NCBI GenBank assembly: GCA_003427395.1
Contig: BFEA01000014.1
Span: 3,474,431-3,538,430, forward strand
Length of the DNA: 64,000 nucleotides
Direction: 5' to 3'
DNA from: Chara braunii
Lineage: Eukaryota; Plantae; Charophyceae
The position numbers and the translations under genes are program-made. This document shows positions 1-10,590 of this stretch, piece by piece. Position 1 is the first letter of the stretch. Every line of letters begins with the position of its first letter. Under the pieces are notes generated by a model. The model worked only from the letters and a program-made list of their open reading frames with translations, did no database searches and was not told the DNA's origin.

Positions 1-91
1 TTTAAATAAATAAATAAATGGGAGAAATAATACACCACGGCATGATGCTTTCAGAATTAAAAAGCATTTCAGAAACGGATCCAACATTCAG

Positions 92-411
92 CATGTATCT
101 GTACTGTATCTTGGCCAAGATACATTCCAAGATCCAGCTGGCTATAATAGGTTCGAGCCTACCCCTACACTTCCCCGCCACGTCTCGCTTGCACACAGAT
201 CAAGGGCCTCGCTCCACTCCTCAACATCTCCGGACCATGTATCTGTACTGTATCTTGGCCAAGATACATTCCGACTGGTCCAACATTTCCGGACCATGTA
301 TCTGTACTGTTTCGTAGCCAAGATACATTCCGACTGGTCCAACATTTCCGGACCATGTATCTGTACTTTATCTTGGCCAAGATACATTCCAACTGGTCCA
401 ACATTTCCGGC
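92..411. repeat. ~59-bp tandem repeat whose unit contains the 20-bp palindrome TGTATCTTGGCCAAGATACA
   Basis: The unit CATGTATCTGTACTGTATCTTGGCCAAGATACATTCC(GACTGGTCCAACATTTCCGGAC) occurs at ~92, 236, 295 and 354, with a diverged copy at ~504. Confidence 0.85.
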
Positions 412-475
412 CAATTACCAATGTTGTCAAGTGGAGCGACTGGTCCTAACGGACAGTGGGGCTCACGTCTCGCTT

Positions 476-657
476 GGGCCTAGCTCCACTACTCAACATT
501 CGACATGTATCTGTACTGTATCGTAGACAAGATACATTTCGGGACCATTACCAGCTCCAGACACATTTCGATTGTTGTGCAGATACCTTTCAAATGTATC
601 TGGATGGCGTGTTTGTCCAGATACCTTTCGAATGTCGTGTAGCGGAGTGAGAGCCCG
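476..657. mobile_element. Short MITE-like element (GGGCC-terminus family)
   Basis: Starts GGGCCTAGCTCCACTAC and ends GTAGCGGAGTGAGAGCCC. Related termini and interior occur at 4828-4945, 16979-17100 and 62067-62188. Confidence 0.55.
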
Positions 658-1539
658 TGCATGCATGTGGGTGAGATCTCACCCCGGGCTTCTGAAATAC
701 GATAACAAATGACGTCGGGAGAACCCGAAAAAAAAAAAAAAAAAAAAAAAAGCCCTTCTCTTTCTGAAGATCAAAATGGGCGTCTGTACTCAGAAGACGA
801 TTAAAAAAAAAAAAAAAAGTCGAGAAAGAAGACGAGGGGGGGAAAAAAAAAGACAAGGACAAAGAGGAGGAAAAACAAAAAGACGAGATAGAAAAAAAAA
901 AAAAAAAAAGACGAGAAAGGAAATCAGACGACCGAGATTCAAACGAAGAGTTGTTTTGATTGAAAAAAAAAAAATCTTTGAAAAGAAAAGAAGAGAGGGA
1001 AAAAAAAAAAAAAGACAGGAAGAAGAGAGAAGGAATAAATATCTGGCGGAAGAAGGAAACAAAAATAAAAATAATGTGTCTTCAGGTATTTCAAGAAGGG
1101 AGGAGGGAAGAAGGGAGGAGCGGAGATAAGACAGGAGAGGAGAGAAGAGGAGAAGAGAGAAGAGAGGAGAGAGGAGAGAAGAGAAGAGAGGAGGAAGGGA
1201 GAAAAAGGAGAGGAGAGGGAGAAGGGAGGGAGGTGAGGAGAGGAAAGGCGAGGAGGGGGAGAGGAGAGGGAGGAGGGAGGTGAGGAGTGGCGAGCGAGGA
1301 GAGAAGAGATCGAGAAAAGGTACGAAGGGAGAGAGAAGACGAGGAAAAGGAGAGGAGAGGAGAGGAGAGGAGAGGAGAGGAGAGGAGAGGAGAGGAGAGG
1401 GAGGAAAAAAGAGGAGATCGAGAAAAGGGGAAGGAGGGAGAGAAGACTAGAGAGAGAGGAGAGAAGAGGAGAGAAGAGGAGAAGAGAGAAGAGGAGAGAA
1501 GAGAGGAGAGTAGAGGAGGACAGAGGAGCGGTGGGGACC

Positions 1540-1960
1540 ACAAACGAGGAGTGACAAACTGTTTCGTGGGAGAGTTTCACATACTTACCCATCAGGAGGC
1601 TGAGCCCTCCTATATACAGTCTGTCTTCAGAGTCCCTTAACTGAATACACTGTAAGTGACAATCCACCTTAACCTCTCCCACAACTGATACCCTGAGTGG
1701 CTGAGCCCTCCTATATACAGTCTGTCTTCAGAGTCCCTTAACTGAATACACTGTAAGTGACAATCCACCTTAACCTCTCCCATAACTGATACCCTGAGTA
1801 TCAGGTGGGGACCACCTGATACCTCCAGTAGGTTGTGGTCAAGCATCAACGACTGCCCCACAACTGATACCCTGAGTCAGGTGGGGACCACCACCTACCC
1901 AGTCCCTCAAGGCTCAAACCCAATGACAAGCTAAGCCCGCAAAACCCCCACGAACCACAC
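1540..1960 (-). mobile_element. Degenerate copy of the hammerhead-bearing repeat family
   Basis: Homologous to 8490-8580/9358-9549 and an inverted homolog of 2340-2760. The hammerhead core is mutated (CUGAUGG, insertion after the cleavage triplet) and there is an internal ~112-bp duplication. Confidence 0.7.
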
Positions 1961-2007
1961 AATGTCTATCACAGCACAAAAAAAAAAAAAAAAAAAAAAA
2001 AAAAAGA

Positions 2008-2310
2008 AGCCGCCCCGCACGCCGCTGGCATATACATATATGTCTGGCCCCTGCGCAAGGATGACACGCATAAATAAAAAATAAAAACGCGCCCCGCTCG
2101 CCGCTGGCATATACATATATGCCTGGCCCCTGCGCAAGGATGACACGCATTTAAAAATTAAAAAAAAAAAAAAAACGCGCCCCGCACGCCGCTGGCATAT
2201 ACATATATGTCTGTCCCCTGCGCAAGGATGACACGCATAAATTAAATAAAATATATATATTAAAAAAAAAAGCGCCCGGCACGCCGCTGGCATATACATG
2301 TATGTCTGTG
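2008..2310 (+). repeat. Tandem array of [35-nt motif + U6 snRNA 3'-half fragment + A-rich tract], about 3.5 units
   Basis: TGGCCCCTGCGCAAGGATGACACGCAT(AAAT) at 2045-2075, 2124-2150 and 2212-2242 matches plant U6 (ISL region). Each copy is preceded by CGCCC(C)GCACGCCGCTGGCATATACATATATG. Confidence 0.85.
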
Positions 2311-2339
2311 GACTCGGGAATGTATTTTCGGACTGTGAC

Positions 2340-2760
2340 ATACCTACCCCCTTAGGATTCTTGGGGGTCTTGGTGGGCTTGTGATTGGGTGTGAACCCCT
2401 GTGACATACAGTCTGTAGAGCTTTTTTCCATCTGGTGTGGGTGAGTAATACTCCGCTTTGATTTTCGTCACAAGTACCCTTGAGGGACTGGGTAGGTGGT
2501 GGTTCCCCACCGCCTCAGAGGGGTATTCGTTGTTGGGGTCAGTCGTTCATGCTTAACCACAACCGGGGTTAAGGAAGTTGGATCATCACCCTCCGTATCA
2601 TCGCTTAGGGGACTGTAGCCATCTGATGAGTCGGTGAAACTCCGACGACACAGTTTGTCCTCCCCCTCCTCCCCCCCCCCTCCTCGTTTGTTGGCCTCTT
2701 CTCCCTCTCTGCCTATGGTTTACCGCGCAGATCTGTTTGAACGATATAGAAATAAATATA
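2340..2760 (+). mobile_element. Degenerate copy of the hammerhead-bearing repeat family, ending in (TA)n
   Basis: CTGATGA-GTCGGTGAAACTCCGAC-GACACAGTTTGT at ~2623-2658 (GAAA changed to GACA, stem I lost). 2385-2466 is an inverted match to 9486-9549. Confidence 0.7.
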
Positions 2761-3502
2761 TAAATATATGGATATATATATAGATATATAGATATATAGA
2801 TCTATAGAGATATATAGATATATACGTATGTATCGGCATAGAGAGAACTGCTGATCTGTTTGAACGATATAGATATAAATATATAGNNNNNNNNNNNNNN
2901 NNNNNNNNNNNNNNNNNNNNNNNNNNNNNNNNNNNNNNNNNNNNNNNNNNNNNNNNNNNNNNNNNNNNNNNNNNNNNNNNNNNNNNNNNNNNNNNNNNNN
3001 NNNNNNNNNNNNNNNNNNNNNNNNNNNNNNNNNNNNNNNNNNNNNNNNNNNNNNNNNNNNNNNNNNNNNNNNNNNNNNNNNNNNNNNNNNNNNNNNNNNN
3101 NNNNNNNNNNNNNNNNNNNNNNNNNNNNNNNNNNNNNNNNNNNNNNNNNNNNNNNNNNNNNNNNNNNNNNNNNNNNNNNNNNNNNNNNNNNNNNNNNNNN
3201 NNNNNNNNNNNNNNNNNNNNNNNNNNNNNNNNNNNNNNNNNNNNNNNNNNNNNNNNNNNNNNNNNNNNNNNNNNNNNNNNNNNNNNNNNNNNNNNNNNNN
3301 NNNNNNNNNNNNNNNNNNNNNNNNNNNNNNNNNNNNNNNNNNNNNNNNNNNNNNNNNNNNNNNNNNNNNNNNNNNNNNNNNNNNNNNNNNNNNNNNNNNN
3401 NNNNNNNNNNNNNNNNNNNNNNNNNNNNNNNNNNNNNNNNNNNNNNNNNNNNNNNNNTATAGAGATATATAGATATATATAGATCTATAGAGATATATAG
3501 AT

Positions 3503-3590
3503 ATATCGTCACAAACAGAACTGCCCGGTAAACCCTAGGCAGAGAGAGAGAAAAGGACAACAAACGAGGGGCTGTGACGAACTGTTTCGT
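3503..3590 (-). mobile_element. 5'-truncated 3' end of the hammerhead-bearing repeat in a (TA)n tract
   Basis: CGTCACAAACAGAACTGCCCGGTAAACC...GGGGCTGTGACGAACTGTTTCGT is the same as ~8446-8528 and stops inside the ribozyme. Confidence 0.7.
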
Positions 3591-3735
3591 ATAGATATAT
3601 ACGTATGAGAGAACTGCCAGGTAAACAGTAGGCAGAGAGGGAGAAGAGGAAAACAGGAGGGGGTGAGACAGAAAAACTGTGTCGTCGAAGTTCCAGATCC
3701 AAATAAAATGAGTTGAATGAACAAATAATATTATT

Positions 3736-3775
<40 letters not shown>

Positions 3776-4029
3776 GAACAATTAGGAAAGAGAGAAGGGA
3801 TATACAATGTACAGAGGAGGAGGAAGATGAGGAGGAGGAGGAGGAGCAAATGGGAGAAAAGAGGAAGAACGAACGGCAACAAGGTGGTGGGGAGTTTCTA
3901 ACGAGAGGGAGAGGGAGAGGGAGGCAAACAAGAAGAAAGTGAGAAGGGAGGAGAAATGAAAGAGGGCAGGAAGAAAAAAAAAAAAAAAAAAAAAAGGGCG
4001 GAAGAGAAGGAGCGGATAAACTAAGGGCA

Positions 4030-4700
4030 GGAAATAATGAGACAAGAGTGAAGAAAAACAAGGAGAGAAAAGGGAGAAGAAAATAATGAGACGAGTGAAG
4101 AAAAATAAGGAGAGAAAACGGAGAAGAAAATAATGAGACAAGCGTGAAGAAAAATAAGGAGAGAAAACAGAGAAGAAAATAATGAGACAAGCGTGAAGAA
4201 AAATAAGGAGAGAAAACGGAGAAGAAAATAATGAGACAAGAGTGAATAAAAATAAGGAGAGAAAACGGAAAAAAAGGAGAAAAGAACAACGGAGAAAACA
4301 CGGAGAATAAAACACGGAGGGAAAAGGTTCAATAAACAAAGAGGAAAAACCGAAGAAAAACGGAGAAAAAAGGGGGGGGAAAGCGAGAGAAAACGTGGAA
4401 AAAACGGAGAAAATAAGGAAAAAAAAGCGAAAGAAAACGTGGAAAAAAAGATAAAATGAGAAAAAAAAGCGAGAGAAAACGAAGTGAACGAGGAGAGAAT
4501 AGTGACAAGCAACGGAAGGAGAAAAGAACAACGGAGAAAACACGGAGGGAAAAAACAAAGAGGAAAAAACGAAGAAAAACGGAGAAAAAAAGGAGAAAAA
4601 AAAGGAAAACAAAGCAAGAGAAAACGTGGAAAAACCGCAGAAAATGAGAAGAAGAAAAAAAGCGAGAGAAAACGAAGTGAATGAGGAGAGAATCGTGACA
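4030..4700. repeat. GA-rich minisatellite (~55-57-bp units) plus a ~190-bp duplication
   Basis: Repeated AATAATGAGACAAGCGTGAAGAAAAATAAGGAGAGAAAACGGAGAAGA units. Confidence 0.75.
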
Positions 4701-4827
4701 AGCAATGACCAAGTTCAAGAATAACCTCATTAATAAAAACAGCTGTACTGGAGCTGTATCTTCCCATGTTCTAGGCCAAGATTCATTTCTCCTACCCAAC
4801 TTGTTGCTAAAGTGTGTGCGCATCATC

Positions 4828-4945
4828 GGCCCTCACTCCACTACTTTTCCAGATGCCCAAAAGAAATATGGAGGTGTATTTTCCCATGTTCTAAGCCAAG
4901 ATTCATTCTCATTTTGCACATTTCGCAAGTAGTGAAGCGAGGCCC
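4828..4945. mobile_element. ~120-bp MITE (GGGCC-terminus, Harbinger/Tourist-like)
   Basis: TIR GGCCCTCACTCCACTAC / GTAGTGAAGCGAGGCCC. The interior is shared with 16979-17100 and 62067-62188. Confidence 0.6.
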
Positions 4946-6000
4946 ATTCTCTACGCGTTTCAACAAATACACCATTGTAAACAAATAATAATAATAATAA
5001 TAATAATAATAGAACAATTAGGAACCAGAGAACTGAGAGAAGGGATATACAATATACAGAGGAGGAGCAAATGGGAGGAGGAGGAGGAGGAGGAGGAGGA
5101 GGAGCAAATGGGAGGAGGAGGAGGAGGAGGAGGAGGAGGAGCAAATGGGAGAAAAGAGGAAGTTTCAAACGAGCTGCGCTCCTCGTCTCATCAGGAGACA
5201 AACCAGGAGGGCGGATTTTACAACACCCGCAAAAAAAGCGGAGGAGAAAAAGAAGGAAAAAAACGGGAAAAAAAAAAAANNNNNNNNNNNNNNNNNNNNN
5301 NNNNNNNNNNNNNNNNNNNNNNNNNNNNNNNNNNNNNNNNNNNNNNNNNNNNNNNNNNNNNNNNNNNNNNNNNNNNNNNNNNNNNNNNNNNNNNNNNNNN
5401 NNNNNNNNNNNNNNNNNNNNNNNNNNNNNNNNNNNNNNNNNNNNNNNNNNNNNNNNNNNNNNNNNNNNNNNNNNNNNNNNNNNNNNNNNNNNNNNNNNNN
5501 NNNNNNNNNNNNNNNNNNNNNNNNNNNNNNNNNNNNNNNNNNNNNNNNNNNNNNNNNNNNNNNNNNNNNNNNNNNNNNNNNNNNNNNNNNNNNNNNNNNN
5601 NNNNNNNNNNNNNNNNNNNNNNNNNNNNNNNNNNNNNNNNNNNNNNNNNNNNNNNNNNNNNNNNNNNNNNNNNNNNNNNNNNNNNNNNNNNNNNNNNNNN
5701 NNNNNNNNNNNNNNNNNNNNNNNNNNNNNNNNNNNNNNNNNNNNNNNNNNNNNNNNNNNNNNNNNNNNNNNNNNNNNNNNNNNNNNNNNNNNNNNNNNNN
5801 NNNNNNNNNNNNNNNNNNNNNNNNNNNNNGGGATATGCAGATCTAGATTCGAGATCGGGATAAGGAGATCGAGATCGAGATCGAGATAAACCATCCCAAA
5901 GAGAAAGCAGGCGATATTATGGGAAAAGAGGTTAGCACACATGAACGACACGCAGAAAGCTGGATAACCATAGACTTGGAGGATATACATAAAGGATCCT

Positions 6001-6717
6001 GAAAGCTGGATAACCATTGACTTGGAGGATATACATCACCATGTCAGTTACGAACTCAAGAATACTTATGTCATGGCAGCGGAACGACTCATCAAGCAAG
6101 AGACTGGTATCCCTATGGGAAAGAGCACCAGTCCCCCTCTGGCTTGCATCCTCTGTACCTATAATGAGTTTAGCTTTCTCACAAGTCTAGGCTCAGATAA
6201 GAAGATGATTAAGGGCNTACGCCTCATGGATGACGTCTCACTTTTTGTCTGGAGCAAGGGTAAGGATAGGGATGCCAGAGCAAAAACTATCATTACACGT
6301 TTTGAATCTGCATACGACCCAGCCCTTACACTGGAAAGAACAGATGATGGTACAGGAGAGTGGGAATTCCTGGGGACAAAAATTACAGCGGAAATAGGAG
6401 GGAAAGTGACGACCCAGCTTGTACTGAAGAACTACAAAGAAATTTGGAAGGACGGAGCGCTCACCTTCAGAACCATCCAAGACTTTGCATCGTACTCTGC
6501 GATTCCCCAGAAAAAAGCTGTAATCACTAGCTGCCTGCACAGAATTTACCAAATGACTTCTGAGGTGGAACTGACGGGCGTGAGTTTACTTACCCTGAAA
6601 CGATTACTTCGACTGCAAGGCTACCCAGGTAAGTACTTCAATGAATGCCTGAGAAAATTCATACGTACTAAAGCCCCGTCATGGGACAAATGGGGAAAAA
6701 AGCTCTGTGGCTGGTAA
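6001..6717 (+). pseudogene. Penelope-like element reverse transcriptase, C-terminal part (RT motifs and thumb); 5' part lost in the gap or rearranged
   Basis: Motifs QETGIPMGKSTSPPLA, RLMDD, EFLGTKI, a thumb-like KKAVITSCLHR and LRLQGYP are typical of PLE RTs. No C-terminal GIY-YIG domain precedes the stop. Confidence 0.85.
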
Positions 6718-7492
6718 TTTCTAGTACCCTCATCTGCGGGCTGTTCTGATCTGCTGAGCCCCAACCAGATTTCCAGCAACGATTGCTTTTGGATCTACTC
6801 GACTCAAAGAGGAGACTTTCCCGGTTTTTTCTTCAGGGGAAGACTCTTGAGTGTAAAGCGGTTTTTAAACTTCGGCCATTCTTACTGGTTACCGCGTTTT
6901 TTCTTGTTTGTCTTTTTGCTAGATCTTTAGTTAAAAAAGTTCTTGATTTACAGGCTACAAACAACACCAAGGCGGAAGCTGAGATACTGCGTTTGTCCTT
7001 TGTTAGATCTTTAGATATAGGGTTTTGATCTACCGACTACCAATAACTACAGGCCTTACTCGTTTTTGCTGAGTCCTTCCTGGAAACTGACCTATAGATG
7101 GCGGGAATACAGAGCCTAGCCCGATTTCTTTTTCCTGAACATGCGGACTACGATCTGAACGTGGGATCTCTGTTTTATTTCTGTTTTATCTCCGCAGCTT
7201 AGGATTTTCACGTAATCCCGCGGATAATTCCGACGCCAAGAACAGTGATACTCCTGCCCTGGACCAGTTTACAAAGTTACCGCGCCTTGAGTACAGGATA
7301 CGAAAGACACGACAGCGTAACTCGTTTTTTGGGAGTACTGCCTGTAGACTGACCTCAGCTTTCCGTATTTTTTCGCGCCAAGAAGGAGAACTTACCTCAG
7401 TGGTTTACTAGCTACGTGATGCCTAGATAGAAGTCACATTTGCTACTATTTAAGAGAGAGGGCTTTTCCTTTCTCCTACCTCGGATACTTAC

Positions 7493-7546
7493 CCCTCCTG
7501 ATGAGGCTAGAACTGGCTCTAGCCGAAACCGGTCGAGGGAAGCCAG
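7493..7546 (+). ncRNA. Type I hammerhead ribozyme in the PLE 3' region
   Basis: Stem I CCCTC(7493-97)/GAGGG(7535-39); core CUGAUGA (7498-7504); stem II GGCTAGA/TCTAGCC; GAAA; palindromic mini stem III ACCGGT; GUC cleavage triplet (C7534). Loop II CUGGC is complementary to downstream GCCAG (7542-46). Confidence 0.9.
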
Positions 7547-8514
7547 ACAGCCATCACCAGGGTTAGCCTGGCTATGGCTTCCTCTTGAGCTTTGTTGCAG
7601 ATCTTTCGAAGAGATACTCTTGGTGTTGCAGAAGAGTAACTTCTGAGTAATTTCCGAGTTTTCACATATTCTGGCGGGTTGTATTTTTCAGCAACTTGCT
7701 TATGTGTCGCGTGCCGCTGATCTCAGTCGACGCTGTGATTAGCCTTCGCTCTTTCCAATCCATTCCAATCCAAACGACACGCAGAGACGGACTAGATACA
7801 GAAAAGGAGATTTTTCTCTCTCACCAAACGAAGAAATTTCACTCTCACAGAGAAGGAAATTTCCCTCCCCCTATCTCATTCCCAATAGGAAAAATCTCTC
7901 CCCTCTTCTCCTCCTCCTCCTCCTGCTGCTGCTCGAGAGGAGGAAAGAGGAGGAGACAGACAGGACAGAGGAAGAAAGAAGAGGAGGAAAGAAGACCGGA
8001 TAGAGGAGGAAAGAGGAGGAAACAGACAGGAAACAGACAGGAAACAGACAGGAAAGAGAAAGAGAAAGCAGAAAACATATGCTTTCTGCTTCCTCTTCCT
8101 CTTCCTCCTAAAGCTATGGCAAGAAAGAGGAGGAAAGAGTAGGAGGAAAGGGGAGGAGAGAAGATAGAGGAGGGGAAACAAGACGAGAGGACAATTGTCC
8201 AACTGAACGAAAGCTAAGCGACTACTAAAAATCTCTCTCCTCTTCCTCCTCCTCCACGTTGTTTTGTGTCTTCTATATATATATATATATATATCGTCAC
8301 AAACAGAACTGCCCGGTAAACCGTATATATATTGTCATATATATATAGTCAAACAGAGCTGCCCGGTAAACCGTAGGCAGAGAGCGAGAAGAGGACAACA
8401 AACGGATATATATTATATACATATATCGTCACATCTACATGTATATCGTCAAATAGAACTGCCCAGTAAACCGTAGGCAGAGAGGGAGAAGAGGACAACA
8501 AACGAGGGGCTGTG

Positions 8515-8574
8515 ACAAACTGTTTCGTCGGAGTTTCACCGACTCATCAGGAGGCTGAACCCTCAACAGTCTGT
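8515..8574 (-). ncRNA. Type III hammerhead ribozyme
   Basis: Minus-strand RNA ACAGACUGU-U-GAGG-GUUCAG-CCUC-CUGAUGA-GUCGG-UGAAACU-CCGAC-GAA-ACAGUUUGU. It has a 9-bp stem III, 4-bp stem I, 5-bp stem II, an intact core and a GUU cleavage triplet. Confidence 0.88.
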
Positions 8575-9380
8575 AGAATCCNNNNNNNNNNNNNNNNNNN
8601 NNNNNNNNNNNNNNNNNNNNNNNNNNNNNNNNNNNNNNNNNNNNNNNNNNNNNNNNNNNNNNNNNNNNNNNNNNNNNNNNNNNNNNNNNNNNNNNNNNNN
8701 NNNNNNNNNNNNNNNNNNNNNNNNNNNNNNNNNNNNNNNNNNNNNNNNNNNNNNNNNNNNNNNNNNNNNNNNNNNNNNNNNNNNNNNNNNNNNNNNNNNN
8801 NNNNNNNNNNNNNNNNNNNNNNNNNNNNNNNNNNNNNNNNNNNNNNNNNNNNNNNNNNNNNNNNNNNNNNNNNNNNNNNNNNNNNNNNNNNNNNNNNNNN
8901 NNNNNNNNNNNNNNNNNNNNNNNNNNNNNNNNNNNNNNNNNNNNNNNNNNNNNNNNNNNNNNNNNNNNNNNNNNNNNNNNNNNNNNNNNNNNNNNNNNNN
9001 NNNNNNNNNNNNNNNNNNNNNNNNNNNNNNNNNNNNNNNNNNNNNNNNNNNNNNNNNNNNNNNNNNNNNNNNNNNNNNNNNNNNNNNNNNNNNNNNNNNN
9101 NNNNNNNNNNNNNNNNNNNNNNNNNNNNNNNNNNNNNNNNNNNNNNNNNNNNNNNNNNNNNNNNNNNNNNNNNNNNNNNNNNNNNNNNNNNNNNNNNNNN
9201 NNNNNNNNNNNNNNNNNNNNNNNNNNNNNNNNNNNNNNNNNNNNNNNNNNNNNNNNNNNNNNNNNNNNNNNNNNNNNNNNNNNNNNNNNNNNNNNNNNNN
9301 NNNNNNNNNNNNNNNNNNNNNNNNNNNNNNNNNNNNNNNNNNNNNNNNNNNNNNNNGAGGACAACAAACGAGGGGCTGTG

Positions 9381-9440
9381 ACAAACTGTTTCGTCGGAGT
9401 TTCACCGACTCATCAGGAGGCTGAACCCTCAACAGTCTGC
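9381..9440 (-). ncRNA. Type III hammerhead ribozyme (second copy, across the gap)
   Basis: Identical to 8515-8574 except at the terminal base of stem III. Confidence 0.8.
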
Positions 9441-10217
9441 AGAATCCCCTCACTGATTACACTGTAAATGATAATCTACCTTAACCAAAATCAAAGTATA
9501 CTATCACTCACCCACACCAGATGGAAAACTCTACAGACTGTCGGTTCACCTCCATATATATATTGTCACATTGTGAATCAGAGCGCATATATATCGTCAC
9601 AATCAGAGCGCATATATATATATATATCGTCAAATATATATATATCATATATATATATATAGTCACAAGAATATCACAGAGCAAAAGCGAAGGGGAAAAA
9701 AAAAAAAAAAAAAAACAGAGCTGCCCGGTAAACCGTGTATATCGCCACAAGGATATGAGAGCGCAAAAAAAAGCGAAGAAAAACAGAAACAAAAAAGAAA
9801 AAAAAGAAAAAAACGTTTTTTTAATCTTTTCTTCCTTACAGCTCCCCCTGTTCAGAACCTCTTGCGTACACGAAGAGGAGGAAAACGAAGGAAGCCCTCT
9901 CTTCCTCTTTGCTTTACTTTATCGATTTTTTTTTCTTTCCTTTTCTTTTTTTTTTTTTTTTCTTTTTCTTTTCTTTTTCTTTTCTTTTTCTTTTCTTTTT
10001 TTTCCTTTTTTTCCCTTTTTGACAACGAGCCCGGAAAACGAGCAGGTTTGGAAGCCTGAGTTGGGGGCAAAAGGGGAGAATGGAGAAATCTACGAGGGCA
10101 TCGGCGAAATTCGACTCCTCTCCGAAAAGCGTTTGTTGTCGAGTCCAATATTCAGCTACAGATGCAAGGAAAGAAAGAGCGGGAAGAGTGCCAACTCGCT
10201 TTGGCTTTTACCCCGAA

Positions 10218-10418
10218 TACAGCGTACGGTTCATTACACAAATATTTGGCCCAACTTTCAGTCTAGATACGGAGATGATGACCATACAGCGTACGGTCAT
10301 TATACAAGTTTTTGGCCCAACTTTCAGTCTAGATACGGAGATGATGACCATACAGCGTACGGTCATTATACAAGTTTTTGGCCCAACTTTCAGTCTAGAC
10401 ACGGAAATGATGATCATA
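10218..10418. repeat. 66-bp minisatellite, three copies
   Basis: TACAGCGTACGGTCATTATACAAGTTTTTGGCCCAACTTTCAGTCTAGATACGGAGATGATGACCA is repeated three times. Confidence 0.9.
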
Positions 10419-10551
10419 TACCTTCTGTGCGGGGGAAGAGGGCTAGCCTAGATAATGTCACGACGCGAAGAAAATGCTGAAACAGAGAGAGAGAGAGAAG
10501 GGAGAGAGAGAGAGCATAAACCACAACTAAAAGCTGAAGGAGGCAAACAGC

Positions 10552-10590
<39 letters not shown>

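Larger units (their letters stand above)
8275..9740 (-). mobile_element. Head-to-tail cluster of variably truncated copies of the hammerhead repeat separated by (TA)n
   Basis: The 3'-terminal motif (plus strand CAAACAGAACTGCCCGGTAAACCGT) recurs at ~8300, 8350, 8450 and 9715, mostly abutting TA tracts. Confidence 0.7.

Noticed and set aside
92-411. CRISPR-like palindromic repeats
   Set aside because: The intervening sequences are identical rather than unique spacers, there are no cas genes, and the context is eukaryotic.
776-1682. Long K/R/E- or L/S/F-rich ORFs (also at 2802-4826, 9521-14900, 44371-47174)
   Set aside because: They are translations of GA/CT/poly-A microsatellites or span N gaps, with no domain signal.
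8490-9447. Two hammerhead copies as the LTRs of an ~870-bp LTR retrozyme
   Set aside because: The interior is all N and the near-identical copies directly flank the gap, so they may be an unmerged contig overlap. No TG..CA ends or PBS are visible.
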